Shown here piece after piece: positions 27,081 through 36,970 of a DNA stretch of 64,000 nt. The translations under genes were made by a program, and so were the position numbers. The DNA comes from Verrucomicrobiia bacterium (lineage in GTDB: Bacteria > Verrucomicrobiota > Verrucomicrobiia > JADLBR01): assembly GCA_026646655.1 (NCBI GenBank), contig JAPKHT010000006.1, forward strand, positions 4,183 to 68,182. Reading direction: 5' to 3'. The notes below the pieces were generated by a model, which was not told where the DNA came from, did not search any database, and worked only from the letters and a program-made list of their open reading frames with translations. Each line of letters starts with the position of its first letter. Within the stretch, counting starts at the first letter, position 1.

Positions 27081-29201
27081 TCAGGCAGGCTTCTGGGCCA
27101 TCCGGAAGTCCACCTGCATCTTTCCGAAATCGACTTTCAGCACCTCGACGCGCACCCGGTCCCCCATCGCGATGGTCTTGCGCGTCCGGCGACCCCTGAG
27201 CAGCGCCCGGCCCCCGTCGAACACGTAGAAATCATCGCCCATGCTCGACACCGGCACCAGTCCCGTCAGCCCCAGTTCGGGAACGTCCACGAACGCCCCG
27301 ATGTGGATGACCTCCGTGACCATCCCCGCATAAGCCTGCGGCCGCCCCGCATCCAACTGTTCCTGCAGGAACGTGAACAGCTTCAACTTTCGGCTCGCCA
27401 TCTCGGCCTCCGCCGAGTTGCGCTCCGTCGCGGAGATGTGCTCCGCCACCGAATCCAGATCTTTGCTGGAGGGCCGGCGCGCCCCCGTCTCGAACGTCGC
27501 GCGATGCACTATCAGGTCCGCGTACCGCCGGATCGGGGAGGTGAAGTGCGTGTAGTCCGCCTTCGCAAGCCCGTAGTGCCCCAGGGGTTTCGGCGCGTAA
27601 CGGGCGCGCTTGAGCGAACGCAGCAGCCCGATCCGAAGCGCGGGCCCGCACGGATGATCGCGCAGTTTGGCCAATAGCTTCACCACCTCGGCCCGCCGCG
27701 CGAGATCCCCGATCACGATGCCGTGGGCCCGCACGATCGAGCGATACTCCTCCAGGCGATCCGGATCCGGGTCCTCGTGGATCCGGTAGACGGCCGCGCG
27801 CCCGCCGCGCTTCAGGTGCCGCGCCACCGCCTCGTTCGCCAACAGCATGAACTCCTCGATGAGCTGGTGCGATTCATCGTGCTCCACCCGCTCGATCGAC
27901 TTGATCCGCCCCCGCTCGTCGATCCAGACCTTCACCTCCGGCATGTCCAGGTCGAGCGACCCCGCTTTCATCCGCTGCGAGCGCAGCCGCTGTGCCAGGA
28001 AGTGCGCATCGCGGATCATGCCCTCCACCGGACTGCGCGCCTGCCCCCGGATCACCGCCAGCACATCCCCATAGGCGAACCGATGCCGCGACCGGATCAC
28101 CGCCGGGTAGAACTCCGCTCCGGTCACGCGGCACATCCTGTCGAGCCGGAACTCCACGCATTTCGTCAGCCGCTCCACGTGCGGCCTGAGGGAACACAAT
28201 TCATTGCTCAGCGCCTCGGGCAACATCGGCAGCACCCGGTCCACCAGATACGTGGAATTCCCGCGCTTCCGCGCCTCGCGGTCCAGGGCCGATCCCGGTT
28301 TCACGTAGTGCGACACGTCCGCGATGTGCACCCAAAGCCGCCAGCCCCCGCCATCCTCCCGCCGCACGCAGATCGCATCGTCAAAATCCTTCGCGTCCGG
28401 CGGATCGATCGTCACCACGTCATGGCCCCGGCAATCCCGCCTGCCGTGCAGGTCTCCCGCCCGCACCTCCGCCCCGAATCGCCGCGCCTCCTCGACCACC
28501 TCCCCCGGGAAATCCGTCGGTAGCTTGTGCTGGCGAATGACGGCCAGAACGTCCACCCCGGGATCGCCATGCCGTCCGATCCTCTCCGTCAGCACCCCCT
28601 CGGGGTTGCGATGGCGATCCTGCCAATCCAAGAGCGACACGACCACCTTGTCGCCCACGCTGGCCTTGGCGCCGCCCTTGATCCGCGTGTCCGCCAGGTA
28701 CACGTCGTGCGGGAACCTCGGGTCGTCGGGCTCGACGAAGTACAATTGCTTGCCCCGCCGCAGGGTCCCCACCAGTTCCGCGTTGGCCCGCTCCAAGATC
28801 CTCACGACCGAACCGCGCCGCTCGCCCTCTCGCCCGCGTCGCGCCGGACGCCCGCGCCCCTCCGGCTCTATCCGCACCAGCACGTGATCCCCGTGCATCC
28901 CCGTCCCCGTCGATTCCGCCGGGATAAATACCTCAGGCTCGCCCACCCCGTCCGGCTCCAGATGCCCGGAGCCCGTCCGATGCATCTTCAGGCGACCCGG
29001 CACCATGTCAGCCTGCTTCGGTAAGGCATACCGATCGCCCTTCAGTCGCACGACTCGCCCGGACACCTCCAACCTCCCCAGCGCTTCCCTCAAAAGCCCC
29101 GCATCGCTCGCCCGGAGACCCAGTTTCGCGCGCACCTCATGAAGGCCCAGAGGCGCCCCGCGCCCAGCCTTCAAAACCCCCACAATCTGATCGTCATGCA
29201 T
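27081..29201 (-). CDS. rnr: ribonuclease R (RNase II/VacB family 3'-5' exoribonuclease)
   Basis: RNB-domain blocks (VTIDPPDAKDFDDA, YLVDRVLPMLPE, HFTSPIRRYADLIVHR) and C-terminal S1 domain (GMVTEVIHIGAFVDV). Start is ATG 29201 (alternative 29246). Confidence 0.9.
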   Translation of the reverse strand: MHDDQIVGVLKAGRGAPLGLHEVRAKLGLRASDAGLLREALGRLEVSGRVVRLKGDRYALPKQADMVPGRLKMHRTGSGHLEPDGVGEPEVFIPAESTGTGMHGDHVLVRIEPEGRGRPARRGREGERRGSVVRILERANAELVGTLRRGKQLYFVEPDDPRFPHDVYLADTRIKGGAKASVGDKVVVSLLDWQDRHRNPEGVLTERIGRHGDPGVDVLAVIRQHKLPTDFPGEVVEEARRFGAEVRAGDLHGRRDCRGHDVVTIDPPDAKDFDDAICVRREDGGGWRLWVHIADVSHYVKPGSALDREARKRGNSTYLVDRVLPMLPEALSNELCSLRPHVERLTKCVEFRLDRMCRVTGAEFYPAVIRSRHRFAYGDVLAVIRGQARSPVEGMIRDAHFLAQRLRSQRMKAGSLDLDMPEVKVWIDERGRIKSIERVEHDESHQLIEEFMLLANEAVARHLKRGGRAAVYRIHEDPDPDRLEEYRSIVRAHGIVIGDLARRAEVVKLLAKLRDHPCGPALRIGLLRSLKRARYAPKPLGHYGLAKADYTHFTSPIRRYADLIVHRATFETGARRPSSKDLDSVAEHISATERNSAEAEMASRKLKLFTFLQEQLDAGRPQAYAGMVTEVIHIGAFVDVPELGLTGLVPVSSMGDDFYVFDGGRALLRGRRTRKTIAMGDRVRVEVLKVDFGKMQVDFRMAQKPA

Positions 29202-29373
29202 CGCCCAACACTCGCGCCTCGCGCTCCCAAGAACAACCCCAAACACTCCCCAGTCCGCAGGGGACGGCGCCGACTCGAATCGACATGAAACCTCAAGATC
29301 CGAGACACGTCGGGGCAGGGTGCCAGCATCTATCGATCAGATCCCATCCAGCGGCCGCCGGACCAGAGGGGGT

Positions 29374-29454
29374 GAAAGTGTAGCCGAAGCCGTGATGCTT
29401 TGGCCCCCAAACGCTTACGCGTTCGGCTACGGGAGGCGATGGGCTACTTTCAGC
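29374..29454 (-). repeat. REP-like palindromic unit (module A)
   Basis: GAAAGTGTAGCCGAAGCCGTGATGCTTTGGCCCCCAAACGCTTACGCGTTCGGCTACGGGAGGCGATGGGCTACTTTC. Matches the units at 14155, 19232 and 24541 (reverse complement). Confidence 0.7.
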
Positions 29455-29553
29455 GGCAGCGCACCCCGCGGGTCCCCATCACCCGATGCAGCCGTTATCA
29501 TTGCAAACTTTACCGATTTACTCAGCCGACGTTCCGGCTATACTCATAACGCA

Positions 29554-30501
29554 TTGGATCGTTTTGCGTGGACAGTCTTGCTGGGGCACATTGGGCAGTT
29601 CGCGGCCCTCGCCGCCGTCTTGGCCGGCATCGCCTACGGTGCCCACATGCTCCAGCACCTGCGACATTCGCCCGAGGGCGATCCCGGCACCGTGACGGTT
29701 TCCGCCGAGGGCTTCGCCAAGTTCTCGCCTCTCGATGCGGCGCGCCAGAGCGCTGATCGCGGCGATCTGGACGAGGCGATCACGAGCCTCTCTTTCCTGC
29801 TCAAGGCCGACCCCTTCCGCGCCGACGCGCTGGCGCTTCGCGCCGAACTCCGCCTCCGGCAGGGGAATTCCGCAGCGGCCCTCACCGATCTGAAGACGGC
29901 TCTCGACATCGAACCCAACGCGCCCACCAACGGATGGCTTCACGCCGTCGCCCTCCTCGCCCAGGGCATGACGAACGAGGCCAACCGCAGCCTCGACCGG
30001 ATACTGGTCCGCCATCCCTCCTTCACGCCGGCGCTGCTGGAGCGCGCCAAACTGTTCGAGGCTCAGGGCAAGGCACCCGAGGCCCTGTCAGCCTACTCCA
30101 CAGCCCTGGCGTCCGACCGCGACAATCCGATCGCCCTCCTCGGCCAAACAGCCATGCTCCTCCAGCTCGGTCGCGCCGCCGAGGCCCTCGTCGAATTGGA
30201 CCGCGGCGCAGCCCGCAAGCCGAACGACGCGCAGATGCGCTTCCTCAGGGCCGGTGCCCTCGCGGTGGTGGGCCGCCTGCCGGAGGGCCTCGCGGAAGCC
30301 GACGAGTGCCTCCGCCTCGCGCCCGCTGCACCCAAGGCATGGCTCCTCAAGGGGCAGATCCTGGCCGCACTGGGCAAGAGCACCGATGCGATCACATCGT
30401 TCGACGAGGCGTTGCGCCTCGAGCCCAGCCTCGCCGCCGCCAGGCAGGCACGCGACCGGATCGCCTCCGCGCCGGAGCCCTCCGCCTCCACCAAACCGTA
30501 A
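29554..30501 (+). CDS. membrane-anchored TPR-repeat protein
   Basis: TPR units (ALALRAELRLRQGNSAAALTDLKTALDIEPN; ALLERAKLFEAQGKAPEALSAYSTALASDRDN; etc.) after an N-terminal hydrophobic helix. The supplied ORF starts at 29320 but reads through the REP unit. TTG 29554 is proposed; the start is uncertain. Confidence 0.55.
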   Translation: MDRFAWTVLLGHIGQFAALAAVLAGIAYGAHMLQHLRHSPEGDPGTVTVSAEGFAKFSPLDAARQSADRGDLDEAITSLSFLLKADPFRADALALRAELRLRQGNSAAALTDLKTALDIEPNAPTNGWLHAVALLAQGMTNEANRSLDRILVRHPSFTPALLERAKLFEAQGKAPEALSAYSTALASDRDNPIALLGQTAMLLQLGRAAEALVELDRGAARKPNDAQMRFLRAGALAVVGRLPEGLAEADECLRLAPAAPKAWLLKGQILAALGKSTDAITSFDEALRLEPSLAAARQARDRIASAPEPSASTKP

Positions 30502-30552
30502 CTTGACTTCGGTCGCCCGCGCCCCTGCCATAGCTCGGAATCGAGCACCCGT

Positions 30553-31980
30553 ATGAATGTCCTCTTTGCCTCCAGCGAACTCTACCCCCTCGCCAAGACC
30601 GGCGGCCTCGCCGATGTCCTCGGTGCGCTTCCCGCAGCCCTGCAGGCCCGCGGCCACTCGGTCTCCTGCGCACTCCCTTTCTACCGCGAGGTCATGGAGT
30701 CCGAGCCAGAACTCCTCGACCCCGACCTCGCGCTCGAGATCCCCATGGGCGACCGCGTCCTCGCCGGGCGTGTCTACCAGACCGAGACCCCCAACGGGGT
30801 CACCGTCTTCCTCATCCGCCGCGACGAGTTCTTCGACCGCTCCGGCCTCTACGGCAACGAACTCGGCGATTATCAGGATATCGCCGAGCGCTTCATCTTC
30901 TTCAGCAAGGCCGTCATCGCGCTCGCCGCCAACATTTCCCCGGCGATCGACATCCTCCACGCCCACGATTGGCAAACCGGCCTCGTCCCCATCTTCGCCA
31001 AGGCCGCGGGCGCCCAATTCAAGACGGTTTTCACTATCCATAACCTCGGCTACCAGGGCAGCTTCTGGGGCGTGGACTTCAAGCTCTGCAACTTGCCCGA
31101 TCGCTACTTCGCCCCGGATGGGGGCCTCGAGCATTACGGCCACCTCAATTGCCTAAAGGCCGGCATCGTCCACGCCGACCAGGTCACCACCGTGTCGCCC
31201 ACCTACGCCCGCGAGATCCAGACGCCCGCCCACGGGCGCGGGCTCGACGTCACCCTCCGCGAACATGCCGGGAAACTCACCGGCATCCTCAACGGCATCG
31301 ACCAGTCGCTCTGGTGCCCGGCGTCCGATCCCCTCATCAAAGAGAACTACACCGCCGAGACCCTCGCCGAAGGCAAGGCAGCCTGCCGGCGCCACCTCCT
31401 CAAGCGCGCCGATTGGCCCAAGGACACCACCGACCTCATCGTCGGCGTCGTCTCCCGCCTCGATTCCCAGAAAGGCATCGACCTGATCCGCGACGCATGG
31501 CCCGAAATCCTCAGGATGCCCGTGCGCCTCGTCATTCTCGCGTCCGGCGATCCCGACCTGGAGGCCTGGCTCACCTCCGCCATGGAACGCCACCCCGATC
31601 GGCTTTTCGCCGAGATCGGTTTCTCCGAGAAACTCGCCCACCGCATCCAGGCCGGCTGCGATGCCGTCCTCATGCCTTCCCGCTACGAGCCCTGCGGCCT
31701 GAGCCAGCTCTACGCCCAGCGCTACGGCACCCTCCCGATCGTCCACGGCACCGGCGGCCTCGCGGACACCGTCGCCGACTGGAACGACGAGGCGCGCGAG
31801 GGGACCGGCTTCGTCTTTCGCCCATGCAACGCCCCCGCCCTGCTCGGCGCGCTCCGGCGCGCGGTCGAGCTCGCCCAGGATCGCCCCGCCTGGGAGATCG
31901 CCGCCCGCGAGGGCATGGCGCGGGATTTCTCGTGGGAAGCGTCCGCGATGGCCACCGAGGAGGTCTACGCCCGTGCCTGA
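30553..31980 (+). CDS. glgA: glycogen (starch) synthase
   Basis: MNVLFASSELYPLAKTGGLADVLGALP (KTGGL motif), HAHDWQTGL, PSRYEPCGLSQLYAQRYGT. Confidence 0.9.
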   Translation: MNVLFASSELYPLAKTGGLADVLGALPAALQARGHSVSCALPFYREVMESEPELLDPDLALEIPMGDRVLAGRVYQTETPNGVTVFLIRRDEFFDRSGLYGNELGDYQDIAERFIFFSKAVIALAANISPAIDILHAHDWQTGLVPIFAKAAGAQFKTVFTIHNLGYQGSFWGVDFKLCNLPDRYFAPDGGLEHYGHLNCLKAGIVHADQVTTVSPTYAREIQTPAHGRGLDVTLREHAGKLTGILNGIDQSLWCPASDPLIKENYTAETLAEGKAACRRHLLKRADWPKDTTDLIVGVVSRLDSQKGIDLIRDAWPEILRMPVRLVILASGDPDLEAWLTSAMERHPDRLFAEIGFSEKLAHRIQAGCDAVLMPSRYEPCGLSQLYAQRYGTLPIVHGTGGLADTVADWNDEAREGTGFVFRPCNAPALLGALRRAVELAQDRPAWEIAAREGMARDFSWEASAMATEEVYARA

Positions 31981-32992
31981 ACTTCGAAAAGACCCCCTGT
32001 CCGGTCGCTGGGTCGTCTTCTCGACCGAGCGCCGACGCCGCCCCACTGACTTCAAGGTCGGCCTGACCCCGCACGCCAGCGAAAGCCCCTTCACGCACGG
32101 CCATGAGCACCTCACGCCCCCCGAGGTGTTCGCCATTCGACCGAACGGCGGCCCCCACAACTCGCCAGACTGGCAGGTGCGCGTCGTCCCGAACCGCTAC
32201 CCCGCCCTCCGCGTCGAGGGCGAACTCATCCGCCGCGCCGACGGCATCTACGACGCCATGTCGGGCATCGGCGCACACGAGGTCGTCGCCGAAACCCACC
32301 TCCCGGACGTCCCCTTCCATCGGCTCCCTCACGAGCAGATCGTTCGCGTCTTCGAGGCCCTCCGCTCCCGATGGGAAGATCTTCGCCGCGACGGGCGCCT
32401 CAAGCATCTCGTCGCCTTCAAGAATCACGGCGCCCTCGCGGGCGCCACCCTCCGCCACCCCCACTCCCAGATCGTCGCCACACCCTTCGTCCCGCCCTCC
32501 GCCGCCACCAAACTCGACGCCGCCCGCGAGCATTTCGCCCGCACCGACCGGTCCCTCTTCCAGGATATCCTCGACACCGAGCGACGCGGCGCCGAACGCC
32601 TCGTGGCACAGAACCACGACTTCACCGCGTTCTGCCCCTACGCGAGCCGCGCGCCTTTCGAGATCGCCGTCTACCCCTCTTTCCAATCGCACGACTTCGG
32701 GCGCTGCCAGACCCACGATTTCTGGCAGCTCGCCGAGGTCCTCCGCGACGCCCTGGCCAGGCTCCACGCCTCCCTCGATGACCCCCCCTTCAACATGCTG
32801 CTCATCTCCGCGCCCCTCCAGGAAGACGCCCTCCGCTGGCCCACGCTCCGGCATGACTTCCGCTGGCACATCGAGATCCTGCCGCGCCTCTCCGTCTTCG
32901 CGGGTTTCGAGATGGCCACGGGTTGCTTCATCAACACCGTCACCCCGGAAGAGGCCGCCCGCCATCTCCGCCAGGTCCAGCTCCCGCGCTGA
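31973..32992 (+). CDS. GalT-family (HIT superfamily) nucleotidyl/phosphorylase enzyme: galactose-1-phosphate uridylyltransferase-like or ADP-glucose phosphorylase-like
   Basis: GTG 31973 overlaps the glgA stop. LRKDPLSGRWVVFS, VVPNRYPAL, active-site HPHSQI (HxHxQ). Confidence 0.8.
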   Translation: MPELRKDPLSGRWVVFSTERRRRPTDFKVGLTPHASESPFTHGHEHLTPPEVFAIRPNGGPHNSPDWQVRVVPNRYPALRVEGELIRRADGIYDAMSGIGAHEVVAETHLPDVPFHRLPHEQIVRVFEALRSRWEDLRRDGRLKHLVAFKNHGALAGATLRHPHSQIVATPFVPPSAATKLDAAREHFARTDRSLFQDILDTERRGAERLVAQNHDFTAFCPYASRAPFEIAVYPSFQSHDFGRCQTHDFWQLAEVLRDALARLHASLDDPPFNMLLISAPLQEDALRWPTLRHDFRWHIEILPRLSVFAGFEMATGCFINTVTPEEAARHLRQVQLPR

Positions 32993-32996
32993 TCCC

Positions 32997-35138
32997 ATGC
33001 TCAACGTCGTCATCCTCTGGCACATGCACCAGCCCTCCTACGTGGATCCCTCCACGGGGGTCGCGCTGATGCCGTGGGTCCGGCTCCACGCGGCCAAGGG
33101 GTACCTCGACATGATCCATGCCCTCCGCGACGTCGAGGGCGCGCGCGCCGCATTCAACTTCACGCCGGTCCTCGTCCGCCAGATCCAGCAGCTCGCCCGC
33201 CGAGAGATCCGCGACGCATGGCACGACTGGAGCCGCAAGCCCGCCGCCGATCTCACCGACCCCGAGCGGACCGGCATCCTCCTCCACTTCTTCAACGCGA
33301 ACTGGGACAACCTCATCCGCCCGCACCCGCGTTACTGGCAGCTCCTCCAGCTCCGCGGCCAGCGCGTCTCCCGCGCCGAGATCGAGCGAGAGCGCCACCG
33401 CTTCTCAACCCAGGACATCCTCGACCTCCAAGTCTGGTTCAACCTCGCGTGGTGCGGGTTCACCGCGGAATCCATGTTCCCGGAGATCCGAGAACTCAAG
33501 CTCAAGGGCCGCGGGTTCACCGAGGATGAGAAATGCGCCGTCCTGGACGCGCACGACAAAATTCTCGCCCGGGTGCTGGAGGACTACCGCGGGGCCGAGG
33601 CCGCCGGTCTCATCGAGACCACCACCACCCCTTACTACCACCCGATCCTGCCCCTCGTCATCGATTCCGACCTCGCCCGGCGCTGCATGCCCGCCCGCGC
33701 GATGCCCCCGCGATTCCGCGCGCCCGAGGATGCGCGCGAGCACGTCGCCCGCGCCGTCCGCCAGCACGAGGAGACCTTCGGCCGCCGCCCCTCCGCCATG
33801 TGGCCCGCCGAGGGCTCCGTCGCGCCCGAGATCATCCCCATGCTCCAAGAGCACGGCATCCGCCTCTTCTTCACCGACGAGGGCAACCTCTTCCGCTCCC
33901 TCGCGGCCGACGGACGCCCCCCGCACCACCGCGACGAGCTCTTCCATGCGTGGGCCTGCGCCCACGACGGCGCCGAGGCCGCCGCGCTATTCCGGGAGCG
34001 ATCCCTCTCGGATTTCATCGGCTTCAATGCGGCCCGCAACCCCCCGGAGGCCGCCGCGCGACACCTGGTCCTTCACCTCGAGCGCATCGCGGACGCCACG
34101 CGCCGCGATGACGCCGTCGCCGCGCTCATCCTCGATGGCGAGAATGCCTGGGAGAACTTCGCCGACGGGGGCCGGCGCTTCCTCCGACTCTTTTACGAGG
34201 GCCTCGTCAAGAGCCCCTCCCTGCGCCCCGCCTTGCCCACCGCCTTCATCGACGCCCACCCCCCCTCTCGCCGCATCACGCACCTCCACACCGGTTCCTG
34301 GATCCAGAGCGACTTCGATATCTGGATCGGCGACGAAGAGGAGAACCGCGCGTGGGAGCTCCTCGGCAATGCCCGGGCCTTCTTCGAATCCCGCGCGACC
34401 AACGCCCCGGAAGGGGCCGTCGCCCGCGCCCGCGAATCCCTCCTCGCCGCCGAAGGCAGCGACTGGTTCTGGTGGTTCGGTCCCGATTTTCACACCGAGC
34501 TCGACTTCCTGTTCGATGAGCTGTTCCGCAAGCACCTCGCCGCCATCTACGGCGCGCTCGGAGCCGACGCCCCGCCCGAGCTCGCACAGCCCATCCGCAA
34601 GGGACGCGAGCGCCTCGTCTTCACCCGACCCAGCGCCCTCATCACGCCCAACGTCAACGGCCGCGTCCTCAGCTTCTTCGAGTATTTCGGCGCCGGCCAT
34701 TACGACACCGCCCTCCAGTCGGGCGCCATGTACCAGGCAAACCGTCTCACCCAGGGCATCTGGTTCGGCAACGACGCCGCCCAGTTCTATCTCCGGATCG
34801 ACATCTCGGAGATCACGCAGGCCGCCCTCGACATCGAATTCGTGGGCGCAACCCCGGTCACCATCCGCATCCCCATCGCCCCCGGCCTCGTCGCCGACTC
34901 GGTCATCCGCGTGACCCCGGATGGCGCCCCGGAACCCATCCCCGCGCGCATCGTCGTAGCCGATGTCCTCGAACTCGCCATCCCGCTCACCAGCCTCGCC
35001 CTCCGCCCGGGCGACACCGCCCACTTTTCCGCAAAGCTGATCCGCTCTGATGTCGTCCTCGAGCGACATCCCGCCGAAGGAAACCTCGCCTGCCCCATCC
35101 TCCCCGAGGAGGCCGTCTGGCAGGACTGGTTTGTCTAG
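32997..35138 (+). CDS. glycoside hydrolase family 57 protein (alpha-glucan acting)
   Basis: ATG 32997 inside ORF 32103..35138. VILWHMHQPSY, FNFTPVL, TTTPYYHPILPL, WPAEGSV, DGENAWE: the GH57 conserved regions. Confidence 0.85.
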   Translation: MLNVVILWHMHQPSYVDPSTGVALMPWVRLHAAKGYLDMIHALRDVEGARAAFNFTPVLVRQIQQLARREIRDAWHDWSRKPAADLTDPERTGILLHFFNANWDNLIRPHPRYWQLLQLRGQRVSRAEIERERHRFSTQDILDLQVWFNLAWCGFTAESMFPEIRELKLKGRGFTEDEKCAVLDAHDKILARVLEDYRGAEAAGLIETTTTPYYHPILPLVIDSDLARRCMPARAMPPRFRAPEDAREHVARAVRQHEETFGRRPSAMWPAEGSVAPEIIPMLQEHGIRLFFTDEGNLFRSLAADGRPPHHRDELFHAWACAHDGAEAAALFRERSLSDFIGFNAARNPPEAAARHLVLHLERIADATRRDDAVAALILDGENAWENFADGGRRFLRLFYEGLVKSPSLRPALPTAFIDAHPPSRRITHLHTGSWIQSDFDIWIGDEEENRAWELLGNARAFFESRATNAPEGAVARARESLLAAEGSDWFWWFGPDFHTELDFLFDELFRKHLAAIYGALGADAPPELAQPIRKGRERLVFTRPSALITPNVNGRVLSFFEYFGAGHYDTALQSGAMYQANRLTQGIWFGNDAAQFYLRIDISEITQAALDIEFVGATPVTIRIPIAPGLVADSVIRVTPDGAPEPIPARIVVADVLELAIPLTSLALRPGDTAHFSAKLIRSDVVLERHPAEGNLACPILPEEAVWQDWFV

Positions 35139-35141
35139 GCC

Positions 35142-35206
35142 GCGGCGTTTCCCGTAGCCGAACGCGCGAGCGTTTGGCGGACGATCGCCCGGGGCCAGCG
35201 TCTGCG
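35142..35206 (+). repeat. REP-like palindromic unit (module A variant)
   Basis: GCGGCGTTTCCCGTAGCCGAACGCGCGAGCGTTTGGCGGACGATCGCCCGGGGC. Nearly identical core to the reverse complement of 14186..14222. Confidence 0.7.
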
Positions 35207-35250
35207 ATATCTATGAGCGGCCACGTCGGCAGCCGTCAGGATTCCCGCGC

Positions 35251-36243
35251 CTACGCCATCCACGAGCGCGGCCGCTTGGCGCACTTCGCCACCGCCGCCC
35301 GCGCGATCCCCGCGTCCTCGCCAATCTGAAAATCAAACATCCCCACGCAGGCGAAATCGGCCCCGTTGGCGAACGCGTATTCGAAGCCCTTGCCCGGGCG
35401 GATCGCCCCGGCCGCCAGCACCTTGTACGCGATCCACGGCTTCTCGATCTTCCCCATCTCCGCGATGGTCTTGTCCGGTTCCATGTCCCAGTAATTGTCC
35501 GTCGCGTAGTTGTCGATGACCTCCTTGTGCTGGTCGGGACGACGGGTCGACCAGTAGTCGGTCCGGTGCAGCGTCTTCATGTAAAAATCCACCGGGATCC
35601 CCGCGTCCTCGCACGCCAGGGGCGTCTCGATCGAATGCCCCGCCACGCCCGCGGGCACCCCGCGCTCCTTGATCAATTTCACCAGTCTGTCGATGAGGTC
35701 CACCTTGCCGTCAAACACCCACCGGTCACCCAGATTCCCCAAGAGGAAAATGGCGCTCGCCCCAGCGTCCATCGCGCGGCTCACCACGCCCTTGAGATCC
35801 TCCGGGTCCGGCGCCACCTGCGCCAGCCACTGGATCTTGCCCCCGTGCTTCTCGCGGTACTCGCGGAACAGCCGCACCGCCCGCTCGTCCCGCGGATTGC
35901 AGATCATCGTGTTGATCCCGTGCTCCTCGCACGTCCGCCACGTCGCCCACACCTTCTCGTCCGTGAAATAGTTCTTCAGCAGCGGCGACACGTACACCAG
36001 ATCCCGGCTGTGCGCGTGCCCGCTGATCAGGTTCCCCCCGCAGATCAGCCGGCTCACACTCACGTTGCCGATCTTCCCCATCGGCATCGCCCCCTTCGGC
36101 CCCTCCGCCGCCTCCACCGCACCCGCCGCCAGCGCCTTCTCCTCCAGGCTCGAGCCCACCGCCGCGCCCGCGGCCGCCATCGTCCCCACGAAAAAACAGC
36201 GCCGCGAAACCGGGCGCCCGCCGCCAAATCGCTCTTCGCTCAT
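35251..36243 (-). CDS. Tat-signal hypothetical protein
   Basis: 330 aa. Twin-arginine-like SRRCFFVGTMAAAGAA, well-balanced composition. No family recognised by eye. Confidence 0.6.
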   Translation of the reverse strand: MSEERFGGGRPVSRRCFFVGTMAAAGAAVGSSLEEKALAAGAVEAAEGPKGAMPMGKIGNVSVSRLICGGNLISGHAHSRDLVYVSPLLKNYFTDEKVWATWRTCEEHGINTMICNPRDERAVRLFREYREKHGGKIQWLAQVAPDPEDLKGVVSRAMDAGASAIFLLGNLGDRWVFDGKVDLIDRLVKLIKERGVPAGVAGHSIETPLACEDAGIPVDFYMKTLHRTDYWSTRRPDQHKEVIDNYATDNYWDMEPDKTIAEMGKIEKPWIAYKVLAAGAIRPGKGFEYAFANGADFACVGMFDFQIGEDAGIARAAVAKCAKRPRSWMA

Positions 36244-36397
36244 GCTTATAGGCTAGGGCACCAGCCCTAATGACGCAAGGCCCGACCGACCCACCCCGCG
36301 CGCTTCCACCAGAACGCGACGGCCGCGTGGCGGGGAACGCGAGCGACCCGCTCGACCCCCCACTTATGGTGCCTTTTGAACCCTCCTATCCCCGCCC

Positions 36398-36970
36398 CTA
36401 CCCGTCCCCTGTCCCACTGGTCATCTTCCGGTAGACCTCCGCCAAGCCGCGCCGCGACAACTCGGCCTCGACAACCGCGCTGTCAATGGCGTGGCCAGAA
36501 ACTTCGATCATTCGGCGGATATCCCGCACATGCTTCTCACTCCGCCCCTCGCTGTAGTAGACGACTTTCCACACCAGAATGTACTCTGGGGGTGCATACC
36601 ATATTGGTCCGTGCGGATAATCTCCCCGGCGCCGGTTCGCCCACGCCCATCGGAAGAACGGGTCCGCTCCCGAAGGGTAGAAATCCGCCTTGAGTCCCGT
36701 TGGGATGTGGATGACGTTGAAGTGCCCTCGGCACTCTCGCCGGTTTTCTCCGACGATCACATCGGCCGGCGGACAATAGAATTCATCGAAGCGGAAGATC
36801 TCCGTCAGACGGCACAGTTCCTCGTCCCCGACCGCCAGCGCAAAATCGATATCAAGCGTCAGCCGCGGCTCGGAATAATAGACGCATCCGACCGAGCCCG
36901 ACACGAGGTATTCGATGCCCTCGTCGTGGGTTGGCCTCGCAAAGATCCGAAGCAGGTCAGGTTCTTGCAC
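36398..36970 (-). CDS. Pol-beta-superfamily nucleotidyltransferase-like protein (candidate toxin/effector of a two-gene module)
   Basis: YLVSGSVGCVYYSEPRLTLDIDFAL fits hG[GS]x9-13DhDh of minimal NTases. GTG 36970 (alternative ATG 37012) overlaps the upstream small ORF by 14 nt. The region is visibly less GC-rich. Confidence 0.6.
   Translation of the reverse strand: MQEPDLLRIFARPTHDEGIEYLVSGSVGCVYYSEPRLTLDIDFALAVGDEELCRLTEIFRFDEFYCPPADVIVGENRRECRGHFNVIHIPTGLKADFYPSGADPFFRWAWANRRRGDYPHGPIWYAPPEYILVWKVVYYSEGRSEKHVRDIRRMIEVSGHAIDSAVVEAELSRRGLAEVYRKMTSGTGDG

Noticed and set aside
2241-35206. Possibility that the recurring palindromic units form a CRISPR array
   Set aside because: The copies are kilobases apart, occur in both orientations, have different module combinations, and are not separated by uniform short spacers. 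No cas genes are present.
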